A DNA stretch of 63,320 nucleotides, the filler included, from Octopus bimaculoides (lineage: Eukaryota): NCBI RefSeq assembly GCF_001194135.2. It is 5 parts of 5 records of this genome, joined end to end, with 100 filler letters (N's around TTAATTAATTAA, not from the genome) between each part and the next. Parts side by side here need not be neighbours in the genome. Positions count along the whole stretch, not along the records: positions 42,062 to 55,306 come from NC_068984.1; positions 55,407 to 61,729 come from NC_068995.1; positions 61,830 to 63,320 come from NC_069006.1; 2 more parts are not named here. One strand, written 5' to 3'. Every line of letters begins with the position of its first letter. The stretch's first letter is position 1. This document shows positions 52,393-63,320 of this stretch, piece by piece. Below the pieces are notes generated by a model. The model ran no database searches, had not been told where the DNA came from, and saw nothing but the letters and a program-made list of their open reading frames with translations. The translations under genes and the position numbers were made by a program.

Positions 52393-53329
52393 ATATACAT
52401 GTGCATATTTTAAATATATGTATNNNNNNNNNNNNNNNNNNNNNNNNNNNNNNNNNNNNNNNNNNNNNNNNNNNNNNNNNNNNNNNNNNNNNNNNNNNNN
52501 NNNNNNNNNNNNNNNNNNNNNNNNNNNNNNNNNNNNNNNNNNNNNNNNNNNNNNNNNNNNNNNNNNNNNNNNNNNNNNNNNNNNNNNNNNNNNNNNNNNN
52601 NNNNNNNNNNNNNNNNNNNNNNNNNNNNNNNNNNNNNNNNNNNNNNNNNNNNNNNNNNNNNNNNNNNNNNNNNNNNNNNNNNNNNNNNNNNNNNNNNNNN
52701 NNNNNNNNNNNNNNNNNNNNNNNNNNNNNNNNNNNNNNNNNNNNNNNNNNNNNNNNNNNNNNNNNNNNNNNNNNNNNNNNNNNNNNNNNNNNNNNNNNNN
52801 NNNNNNNNNNNNNNNNNNNNNNNNNNNNNNNNNNNNNNNNNNNNNNNNNNNNNNNNNNNNNNNNNNNNNNNNNNNNNNNNNNNNNNNNNNNNNNNNNNNN
52901 NNNNNNNNNNNNNNNNNNNNNNNNNNNNNNNNNNNNNNNNNNNNNNNNNNNNNNNNNNNNNNNNNNNNNNNNNNNNNNNNNNNNNNNNNNNNNNNNNNNN
53001 NNNNNNNNNNNNNNNNNNNNNNNNNNNNNNNNNNNNNNNNNNNNNNNNNNNNNNNNNNNNNNNNNNNNNNNNNNNNNNNNNNNNNNNNNNNNNNNNNNNN
53101 NNNNNNNNNNNNNNNNNNNNNNNNNNNNNNNNNNNNNNNNNNNNNNNNNNNNNNNNNNNNNNNNNNNNNNNNNNNNNNNNNNNNNNNNNNNNNNNNNNNN
53201 NNNNNNNNNNNNNNNNNNNNNNNNNNNNNNNNNNNNNNNNNNNNNNNNNNNNNNNNNNNNNNNNNNNTATATATATGTGAAAGTTTCTCCCCTAAGCATA
53301 AGTCCGGCATGTTTTTTTTATGGGACACC

Positions 53330-53550
53330 TTCAGTCACCCATGCATACCAGCTACCACCAACCCACACTTCTCTACGCCAATACAGCTTGGCACCAGTGA
53401 CCTCGCAACCCCATTTCTATAGGTGAGCGGACTGGTGCTACGTGAAATAACGTGTCTTGCTCAAAGACACAACACACAGCCTGGTCCGGGAAACGAACTA
53501 AGTATTTCATGACTGAGCCATACGCTCTAACCATTCGGCTATGCACCTTC
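53330..53550 (-). mobile_element. Family E SINE, diverged
   Basis: gtgtcttgctcaaagacacaac...ctaaccattcggctatgcacc. Confidence 0.62.
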
Positions 53551-54720
53551 ATATATATATGTGTGTGTGTGTGTGCGTGTGTGTGTGTTGGAAGGTAATT
53601 CCCCCTACTTACCGTTTATGAAATACTGTAAATATGACACTGGTCAACCGGAGATGTAAGCAAATGAAGCATATGCAACATGGCAATAAGTGGGGGTAAA
53701 TATGAGACTGCGTGGATGCGACGTTGATATCCTAACGACACGGCTCCACCTGCCGCTAAGTTACTGAAATATAACTCCTGCACATTTTCTGATTGTAAAG
53801 TGCTCTACCAGTTCTCTTATCCTACCCATTAAAATAATTTTGTATCAAAGGACTGCGTTGTATCGTCGATTTAATCAATCCAACATTCGTATGGGGCTTT
53901 TGTTATCGACCCCGGAAAGATTAAAGCCATATTCGATCCCGATGGAGTTTGAACCTTTTACATTCGAAATTCAAATCCAACCGGGATTACATTTCATCTT
54001 TCCAAAAGTTGATCACATTAAAAAAAACAAAAAAAAAAACAACAACAAAGAACAAAAAATAAATAAACCCTCAAACACAGATATCGTTTTAATCAATTGT
54101 TCCCTATCGGAAAATATATGACCTTGTATCAAGATTAAAAATCAATATTGTTAGAATGGAGAATATATTTGTTGCACAGTCGTCGATGTTGTAGTTATAG
54201 TTGCCGGTGTTGTTGTTGTTATCGTCGATGTTGTTAAGCGAGTTACTAAACCTTCGTATTAATCTTGGTCACAGAGCCCTATGACTCAGTGTATTCCAGT
54301 CGGAATCATTTTTGATGCTTTATGGTAGTCTTGGGGCTGCAATTTCTAAAGGAATATTAAAATCATTTCGAAAAATACTTCCATGATAGTGTAGATACAG
54401 ACATACAATTATGGAATCCAACAAACTTGTTCGAGGATTGAAATTCGTGCACAGACAAATTCAAACGTCTATCCATCCATCCATGGATACATACACACAC
54501 ACATACATAAATACATACATACATACATTCATATATATATATANNNNNNNNNNNNNNNNNNNNNNNNNNNNNNNNNNNNNNNNNNNNNNNNNNNNNNNNN
54601 NNNNNNNNNNNNNNNNNNNNNNNNNNNNNNNNNNNNNNNNNNNNNNNNNNNNNNNNNNNNNNNNNNNNNNNNNNNNNNNNNNNNNNNNNNNNNNNNNNNN
54701 NNNNNNNNNNNNTATATATA

Positions 54721-54866
54721 GTCGCAGGAGTGGCTGTGTGGTAAGTAGCTTGCTTACCGGCCACATGCTTCAGGGTTCAGTTCCGCTGCGTGGCGCCTTG
54801 GGCAAGTGTCTTCTACTATAACCTTGTAAGTAAATTTGGTAGACGGAAACTGAAAGAAGCCCGTTG

Positions 54867-54897
<31 letters not shown>

Positions 54898-55017
54898 GTG
54901 TGTGTGTGTGCGTATGTATTTGTGTGTCTGTGTTTGTCCCCCACCATCGCTTGACAACCGATGCTTGTGTGTTCACGTCCCTGTAACTTAGTGGTTCGGC
55001 AAAAAGAACCGGAGTAT
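54721..55017 (+). mobile_element. SINE family A copy (3'-truncated)
   Basis: Same head, ccttgggcaag block and internal microsatellite as 3142-3562. Confidence 0.82.
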
Positions 55018-55406
55018 ATTCAGTGCTGAATATTATATATATAATTTTTATACACACGCATACATATGTCTATATATCTGCATGAATGTATGCATATAAA
55101 ATCCAGTCACATATTGAAAAAATTAATAAAATTTAATCGATTTGATTATATTTTATTTTCTATTTGAAAACTTGGTTATGAAACACGTGTAGTCGTTTTA
55201 TTATTATAATTATTTTATGATTTTTACTTTGTATTTTATTATACTTATTTATCGTGAAATTACTTATTAATTTTTTCTATATGTGACGGTGGATTTTCAT
55301 GGATGANNNNNNNNNNNNNNNNNNNNNNNNNNNNNNNNNNNNNNNNNNNNTTAATTAATTAANNNNNNNNNNNNNNNNNNNNNNNNNNNNNNNNNNNNNN
55401 NNNNNN

Positions 55407-55572
55407 ACCCACTACACTCTCTGAGTGGTTGGCGTTAGGAAGGGCATCCAGCTGTAGAAACTCTGCCAAATCAGACTGGAGCCTGGTGTTACCATCCGGT
55501 TTCACCAGTCCTCAGTCAAATCGTCCAACCCATGCTAGCATGGAAAGCGGACGTTAAACGATGATGATGATG
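55407..55572 (+). mobile_element. SINE family C 3' part (gttggcgttaggaagggcatccagctgtagaaa ... catgctagcatggaaagcggacgttaaacg(atg)n)
   Basis: Recurs near 1622-1860 (-), 4375-4530 (-), 10270-10400 (+), 11360-11530 (+), 12417-12600 (-) and 56210-56420 (-); (GAT)n tail. Confidence 0.78.
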
Positions 55573-56449
55573 TTATGGGTCACTTAGCTTAATGGTACAG
55601 AGTGCATAACCAGAGTTTGAGAGGTATGGAGTTTGATTCTCTGTAGCAGCCAGATAGGCACCTTTTTTTCCCCATGTTCTCTATGGCTATTTATCCAGTT
55701 TTCTAAGTGGTTTTCACTGCTATTCTGTGTTTGAGGTTTCCTTTATGTTTTGTAAAATACCAATGCATGTGGCCCTTCAAAGTTGTTTGTAAGGTCAAGT
55801 TTTAGTTACTTGCAAGCTCTTCTAGACTTCATCACTAATGCAGTTCTGAACCAAATTGAATGTGGTGTTTTTAGCAATGATGGTTCAGTCCTAAGCTACA
55901 TTTTGAGGTAAAATAATTCAAATTTAGTTTATTAGAAAAAAATTAGATCAAAATACGTGAGGTCAAAAATGGGAAAGTAAGGCAAAAAAAACTGATCTTG
56001 AATCAAAATATCTCAGTTATTTTAAAAGTATTGATTAATTAGGTTTAAAAGAATGAGCTCATTGAGAAGAACCTTTTGTTGAAAACCTCATTAGAAAGTA
56101 TTAGCTACAAAAAAAAGGTGGCATTAAGTAATGAAAAAATAGTTAGTAACCCCCAAAATTGACTTTGAATCAAAATATCTCAGCTACTGTAAGAGAAAAC
56201 TATATGATATCATCATCAATATCAACATTTAATGTCCATTTTCCATGCTGGCATGCGTTGGACAGCTTGACAGGAACTGGCAAGGTTAGGGGCTACACTG
56301 GTTCCATAGTCTATTTTGCCTTTCCTACACAGAGTGTACTGAGTGTTTTTTACATGGCACCATCACCAGTGCTTTTTAAGTGGCACCAGCACCAGTGCCT
56401 TTTTTACATGGCACCAGTACCCACACCAATGCTTTTTATTTTTTCAGGA

Positions 56450-57353
56450 CAAAATTTCTAGAAGAATTCTTTTTTGATTCAGATTTAGACGATGATTTTG
56501 AAGGATTCATTCAGGCAGATATCAATGGTGAAATGGTTGGGGGTGACAGTGACTGTGTTTACAGTAGTAATGAGCATGATGCACCAAGTGGATATTATCA
56601 TCCATGGCTGGGTGATTTTCAGTAAAATACTGGCTTCAGGAAAATAATGTCTCTTCCTTAATGATGAAATTATAACTTTGTTTATCAATGAGACAAATAT
56701 ATATGCTAGTCAGGAGAAGGAAAAGAGAAGGGAAAATGCTGGCACCCACATGTATATCAACATGTGGAAGGACACCACTTTTGAAGAAATAAAGGCATTT
56801 GTTGCAATTTTGCTTTTGAATGGGCTCACAAAATGTTCGTCATTTAATCTATACTAGTCCACTGATAACTTTATTGAGCTGCCAGTCTTCACACAAATGG
56901 CAAGTGACAAATTTCTTAGAAACTTGTCCTTTTTTCATATTTCAGACAATTTCAAAGTGAAACCAAGGAATCACCATGAGCATCATAGGGTACATAAAAT
57001 CTGACTGCTTTTTGAAAAGCTTGTGCTACTTTGACAGAAATATCTTGGAAAGGAACTTTCAGAGGATGAAAGTATGATTCCTTTCAGAGGAAGAACAAGG
57101 CTACTAATATACATGCTAGCAAAACAAACCAAGTGGGGCCTGAGAGTTGGCTGTTACAAAAACTGGCAACATCTACAATAACTTATCCATTCCTTTATTA
57201 GTATAGGAAAAATTAAGTCTATACACACAACACAAAGAAAGTTATAACAATTTTAAAACAATAGCTGCTCATGTCTTTTTGCTCCAACAAAAAACAAAGA
57301 AAGCAGTGACAAAAGAAACAATTCTAGGGACAAATCAGCGTGCTAAAGGTTAA
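56450..57353 (+). mobile_element. piggyBac (PGBD4-like) transposase remnant ending at a TTAA
   Basis: INETNIYA...WKDTTFEEIKAFVAILLLNG...DESMIPFRGR...YMLAKQTKWG, with stops and frameshifts; terminal aaggTTAA at 57350-57353. Confidence 0.85.
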
Positions 57354-57763
57354 AAAATATTTTCAATAGTATCATTTATTCAATTATAAAGGTAAATATA
57401 ATTAATTATAATAATAGAAGGGTCGCCTGGAAAAAGTGGACTTGAATGAAAAGTCCAGACATAGAATCCTAGAATACTCCTAAGTATTGATCCTACAAAA
57501 GCGTAGCACAAATACTAATTAAGCCTGAACAAGAATAAAAAAGGGAAAACTTAAACATTGGTGCTGAAATATCCTAATTAAATTTCTGAAACTGTTCACC
57601 ATATGATCTGAAAATTTCTTTGTATCAAGCTAAAACATTTCTGCTTTATTTTTAGTATCAAGGTGTCTTGCTGTAGAGAGAGAGAGAGCAGCTATTGTTT
57701 TAAAATTGTTATAACTTTAGTATCAAGGTGTCTTGCTGTAGAGGAAATACAGGGTTACCCAGC

Positions 57764-57827
<64 letters not shown>

Positions 57828-58095
57828 AAGAGAGAGAGAATGAGGACAGAAACAGGAGATACCTACTTTCCCTGCCAGAGAGAAAAGCGAGCGAGAGAGA
57901 GAGAGAGAGAGTGTCCAAGAAATGAGGACAGAGACAGGTGTGCTGTTGTAAAGGAGATACATGGTTGCTCAACCAGAGGGAAGAGCAAGAGAAAGAGAGT
58001 GGAAGACAGCAAGAGTGCAAGAGAGAGCAGGAGAGAGATGGTGGCGAAATGCCAGGGCATACTCACAAGGAACAGGAATCAGAACATAGATATGA

Positions 58096-59429
58096 CTAGC
58101 AATATAGCCCGGCGCTGCTCAGGATTAAGCTAGGATTATTAAGTGATCAAGTGCTTTATTTCAAACCAAAATAAGTAACATGGACATCAGATTTGAGCGA
58201 AATCCGTTGAAATTGGTTTGGCTGAAAATGGTTTGCTGGCAATTTGATTGGGAAATCCCATAAGGAATCAGTTTATTGGTTATTTCCACTCATTGACTGT
58301 TTTTTTTTTTTAAGTTGCATTAGAGATCTGCATAGGAGAAGGTTGATCTGAAGGTTTGCATTGGGAATCTGGATTGGAGTAACTTAGGAAAACTTACCAA
58401 CAGCCTTAACCAAAAAATANNNNNNNNNNNNNNNNNNNNNNNNNNNNNNNNNNNNNNNNNNNNNNNNNNNNNNNNNNNNNNNNNNNNNNNNNNNNNNNNN
58501 NNNNNNNNNNNNNNNNNNNNNNNNNNNNNNNNNNNNNNNNNNNNNNNNNNNNNNNNNNNNNNNNNNNNNNNNNNNNNNNNNNNNNNNNNNNNNNNNNNNN
58601 NNNNNNNNNNNNNNNNNNNNNNNNNNNNNNNNNNNNNNNNNNNNNNNNNNNNNNNNNNNNNNNNNNNNNNNNNNNNNNNNNNNNNNNNNNNNNNNNNNNN
58701 NNNNNNNNNNNNNNNNNNNNNNNNNNNNNNNNNNNNNNNNNNNNNNNNNNNNNNNNNNNNNNNNNNNNNNNNNNNNNNNNNNNNNNNNNNNNNNNNNNNN
58801 NNNNNNNNNNNNNAAATGATTTTAAATAAATATATTTGAATTGTTGTGTGAGAAAGTATATATAATCTCATTATAGAATATAGTGTCTTTCAAAAACATC
58901 GTATATTTTAAACTATATCTCATGTTTAAGAAAAAGAAATGCATTTTACATTTTACACTTACTCTGCCTTCCTTACCTACATTTTCAATCCCAATACGCT
59001 TTCTGCCTCCCTCTTCCACTTTTTCGTTCTTTTGTTTGTTTGTTTTTTTTTGTTAGACGCTAGTAAAGTAAACTCTGTCTTGCTTAGAAAAATTTGCTTT
59101 GATTTCTGTCTGCCTTACCCACTTTTTAATTTTATTTATTTTTTTAGCTAGACGCTACCAAACACTCTGTATCTCCCCCCTGTCACAAACACACTATTTC
59201 TTTCTTTCTCTCTCTCTCCTTCACGCACGTACACACAGATTTGACTTTGCCATGTCAACAAACTTCAAAATTGGTAAAAGTTTATCGATTTTTACAGCTG
59301 TGAGAAAAAGTTGATGAAAACGCAGGTAGGGTCATGAACAATGTCCTAAAATTGGAGCGACATGTGTGCTAATTTGTGGACGTGCATAAACTACATTCAC
59401 ATCCACACACACATCCTCTCTTTTATAGA
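58096..59429 (-). mobile_element. Non-autonomous Helitron with both termini (N gap inside)
   Basis: The minus strand starts A|TCTATAAAAG at 59429 and ends cctgagcagcgccgggctatattgCTAG|T at 58096 (GC hairpin plus CTAG); A|T insertion site. Confidence 0.58.
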
Positions 59430-59699
59430 TATTAATGGTAGAGTAAATGAAGGAGAGAGATAGATGGTGGCAAGTGCTAGGATATACCCTAATGGTATGG
59501 AGGTCATAGTATAAGTGCAGGGTGATGCAAAAAAGCAAGTGTACAGAGTAGAGGTGGTGGAGATACCAATGACACAGTGAGCAGGGCAGTGAGGACAGGA
59601 TTGGGAAGTGGAAAATAATGAAAGAGGAAATGAGATGAAGAGAAGAGATGTAATATGCTTTGTTGAGGTAGGGTGGGTCAAAAGTTTTATTGTTATATG

Positions 59700-59890
59700 T
59701 GGGAATACACAGTACTTCTAGAAAACAGTTTTGCTGACATGAGCGAGTCTTCTCTAGACCTTCATATTGCCAGACATCTTGGTTCACTGTCATTTCCTCT
59801 TTGAGCCTTAACATCCTGAGATTGGTCCTCATCAATAACTCCAACTCTCTTCTTTTATTGGTTCTTTTCACCCTCCCATGTTTTACATTC
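59700..59890 (-). mobile_element. RTE-type LINE 3' terminal fragment
   Basis: GRVKRT...NLRMLRLKEEMTVNQDVWQYEGLEKTR at the start of ORF 59332..59892. Confidence 0.55.
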
Positions 59891-60039
59891 ACTTTCCTCT
59901 CATTTTTTTTCTTCTGATTTCCCTTGTTCTACTGTCCTGACTTGTAACTTGTACAAGCCATGTGCTCACTTGCTTAGACCATGTCTCTAATGTATGAAAT
60001 TATCAGTAACTCTTAACTATATACTCTCTCTCTCTTTTA

Positions 60040-60224
60040 CTTGTTTCAGTCATTTGACTGCAGCCATGCTGGAGCACCGCCTTTAGTCGAGCAAATCGAC
60101 CCCAGGACTTATTCTTTGGATGCCTAGTACTTATTCTATCAGTCTCTTTTGCCGAACTGCTAAGTTACGGGGCTGTAAACACACCAAGCAGTGTTGGGGA
60201 GGACAAACACAGACACAAACATAT

Positions 60225-60240
<16 letters not shown>
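60040..60240 (-). mobile_element. SINE family A, 3' half
   Basis: cagtcatttgactgcagccatgctggagcaccgcc...gtaaacacacc matches the family A 3' region. Confidence 0.78.
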
Positions 60241-60281
<41 letters not shown>

Positions 60282-60649
60282 ATTATATGTATTTATTCTA
60301 TCCTAATAAATAATAATTCTGATAGAATAAATGGGTTAATAGAAACCAAGGTAGCAAAGATCACAAAATAAATGTGGTGTAATTCCTGTTGGTGAGGCAG
60401 AAACTCCTTGATATTTTGGGTATTTGAGTATATGTAAAAATTTAAGGAATGGAGAAAACACATGTCATAACTGCATACTTTATTCCGACATATGTTTCAA
60501 AGAATTACAATTTATGCGATCCATAGGAATCGGCGATGTTAAAAATGTAAACTTCTCCTCAGGGAAAAGCATGGGAATCATCTTAAACGTAAGACATTAT
60601 GACCGAGTATGATAACTATAGTTGGATAATGTTATGACGGGATTCAATT

Positions 60650-60984
60650 TGAAAAAACCGTTAGAGATTTGGACGCTACCAGATAGTAGGATGGACAACA
60701 CCATTTCTAACCATTTCTCGACATTTAGAGATAGAAACAAACGTAATACTACGAGCCTAAGCAAACTAATTTGGGATCTTAAAGATAATAACATTAAATT
60801 TAAACTAGACTGGCTAATTCTTTCTATTTCTAGGCCATATGAAAAGGGTGGAAAATTTTGTTCCCTTTGTGTTACGGAACTCTACTTTATTTTATTTTCA
60901 AAGAATTACCTGGTAAATACCTTTATAGAAAATTCTTACAGATGTAAACATTGGCAAAAACATGTATTTTCAGCATTTAAATAA
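60650..60984 (+). mobile_element. Penelope-like GIY-YIG C-terminal fragment
   Basis: ORF 60622..60984 contains NHFSTFR..RNTTSLSKLIWDLKDNNIKFKLDWLIL...CSLCVTE...CKH. Confidence 0.8.
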
Positions 60985-61829
60985 CAATCATTGTTTTTAT
61001 AGAAAACTATCATATTAACCCTTAATATGGGAGTTCATCAAATAGTTCTAGTAAAACAGGTTATTAATTCCCTCACATGTTAGAAGATTAAGATTAAAAT
61101 TGATCATGATTCACAAAATTTATCTAATCATTCGTTATTTATTAACCTAAATTAGAACATATATTAAATCTTGATATATTCATGTAACAGCAAATACATA
61201 CAAAAAGTATATGTGCGTATGAGTATACGTGTATAAATGTTTATATATACACGTGTATTTGTGGGAGAATGTGTGTGTGTCTGTGTGCACATATATTCAT
61301 GTTTTTGTATAAACTGGATGTGTTTGTATAAATTTTTGTGTACATTTATGTATTAGGTATTATTATTTTTATTTTTATCCTTATTTTTACTCCTATTACT
61401 ATCACTTATAAGAAATATATAAAAATATATATATACGTATGCTTTATTGGATGTATGTACATTTTTGTGCACAGATATATTTATGCATAAGTTTCTTTAT
61501 ATATTCATATATGAGTGTATTTGTGAATTTGTATGGCTGCGAATTTGTGTAAATGTATTTTTATATATAAAAAAATATGTGTATATTTGGATGTATATAG
61601 ATGTGTGTGTATATATATATGTGTGTGTGTATATAATTGTGTATACATGTGCATGTATGTGTGTATGTGTATGTATATATATGTATATATGTGTGTGTGT
61701 ATATATATATATATTATATATATATATATNNNNNNNNNNNNNNNNNNNNNNNNNNNNNNNNNNNNNNNNNNNNTTAATTAATTAANNNNNNNNNNNNNNN
61801 NNNNNNNNNNNNNNNNNNNNNNNNNNNNN

Positions 61830-62265
61830 ATCATCATCATCTTCATCATCATCACCATCACCACCTTCATCATCATCATCATCATTATCATCAGCATCAC
61901 CATGACAATCATCATCATCATCATCATCATCTTCATCTCCAGCACCGACATCGTCATCAACGTCATCCCCACTGCCACCATCTTCATCATCAGTGCCCAC
62001 TTCACTCATCATCATCATCACCATCCCCACCACCATCACCCTCACCACCACTATCTTCATCAGCCCCCATCATCATCATCATCATCGTCACCATTACCAA
62101 TACTCCTAGTTATGATTGTCCTCATCATCACTATCATCTTCATCATCATCATCACCATCATCATCATCTTCATCATCATCACCATCACCACCTTCATCAT
62201 CATCATCATCATTATCATCAGCATCACCATGACAATCATCATCATCATCATCATCATCACCATTG
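61830..62265 (+). repeat. (CAT)n low-complexity array with an internal ~100-bp duplication
   Basis: 61830-61930 recurs at about 62160-62260. Confidence 0.85.
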
Positions 62266-62353
62266 TCATCTATTTATTGATATTTTCATTAAAAGAAGCA
62301 GCGAGAAAAGAAAAGAGACAAAAATGGAAACCAAAAGAAATCCATTGAGGAGA

Positions 62354-62396
<43 letters not shown>

Positions 62397-62715
62397 AGAG
62401 AGGGAGAAAGAGAGGGAGAGAGTGCGTGTGTGTGTGAGGAATTGGTAAATAACGACTGGATTCTCTTGTTGCAGTGGTGGGCGTGGGGAGCAGGTTGATA
62501 CGCTGTGATGGTGGTGGTGTTGGTGGAGGGGAAGCTGAAGTGGTGAAAATGGAGAAAGAAGACATAGAAAGTGTGAAGGTGGGAGGTAGGGGATGAGGGA
62601 GGAAGTTGTAGCAGAAAAAGAAAAATAATATAATAAACAAAAATGAATCATAAAGCAAAAGACATTAAAAAACACACGACAACAATGATAACAATACAAT
62701 AATAATTAAAAAAAC

Positions 62716-62762
<47 letters not shown>

Positions 62763-62839
62763 CAATGATAATAAAAAACAATAATGATAATAACAACAAT
62801 AATAATAACAATAATAATAACAATAATAATAATAATGTT

Positions 62840-63170
62840 TTCAAATTTTGTCACAAGGCCAGCAGTATGTGGGGGGGTAAATAACATTGAGACCCCAATA
62901 CTCAACTTATTTTACTGACCCAATAAGATGAGTGACAAAATCAACCATTATCATTCTTATCTCCTCTCGGCACAAGGCCCGAAATTTTTGGGGAGGGGGC
63001 CAGTCGATTACATCGACCTCAGTATGCAACTGGTACTTAATTTATTGACCCCAAAAGGAGGAAAGGCAAAGTCAACCTCAGTGGAATTTGAACTCAGAAC
63101 GTAATGGCAGACGAAATAACACTAAGCATTTCACCCGGCGTCTTAACGATTCGGCCAGCTCGTTGCCTTA
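62840..63170 (-). mobile_element. Family B SINE copies embedded in (AAT)n/(ATT)n arrays
   Basis: Full core at about 62970-63170 plus a degenerate tail at about 62840-62930. Confidence 0.78.
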
Positions 63171-63176
63171 GTCAAC

Positions 63177-63251
<75 letters not shown>

Positions 63252-63320
63252 CTAGTAAGAGCAGTGCATGCCATCAAAGTGACACTGGGGTAAAATATAC
63301 GAAGCCCAATATACCCATCA

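Noticed and set aside
61778-62348. Asp-, Met- and Ile-rich ORFs
   Set aside because: They are frames of a (CAT)n array with no splice or domain support.

Overview
Eukaryotic, AT- and microsatellite-rich DNA with many N gaps. The SINE families and repeat make-up look like an Octopus genome; that is my inference from recall, not a database search. Bases 1-11 kb hold the 3' part of a spliced + strand dihydropyrimidine dehydrogenase gene (DPYD). Six GT-AG exons are readable (1315-1383, 2486-2569, 4128-4248, 7624-7886, 9030-9141, 10915-11048), and about 135 codons are missing, probably in the gap at 8295-8394. The rest is mostly decayed mobile elements: tRNA-derived SINEs, RTE and REL-type LINEs, Penelope-like elements, mariner, piggyBac, a Gypsy pol fragment and a Helitron. 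Four N44-TTAATTAATTAA-N44 linkers are artificial scaffold joins, so adjacency across them is unproven. The best leads are (1) a tRNA-Leu-half/tRNA-Asp-CCA chimera carrying a SINE-type 3' tail, (2) a 291-bp near-perfect intronic palindrome that could be an ADAR substrate, (3) DPYD codons that A-to-I editing could return to conserved residues, (4) a duplicated DPYD 3' UTR that lost its poly(A) signal, (5) a CpG-depletion step around DPYD and (6) a candidate unannotated gene start at about 44340 on the minus strand. There is no CRISPR or other prokaryotic-type system. Mobile-element boundaries are approximate.
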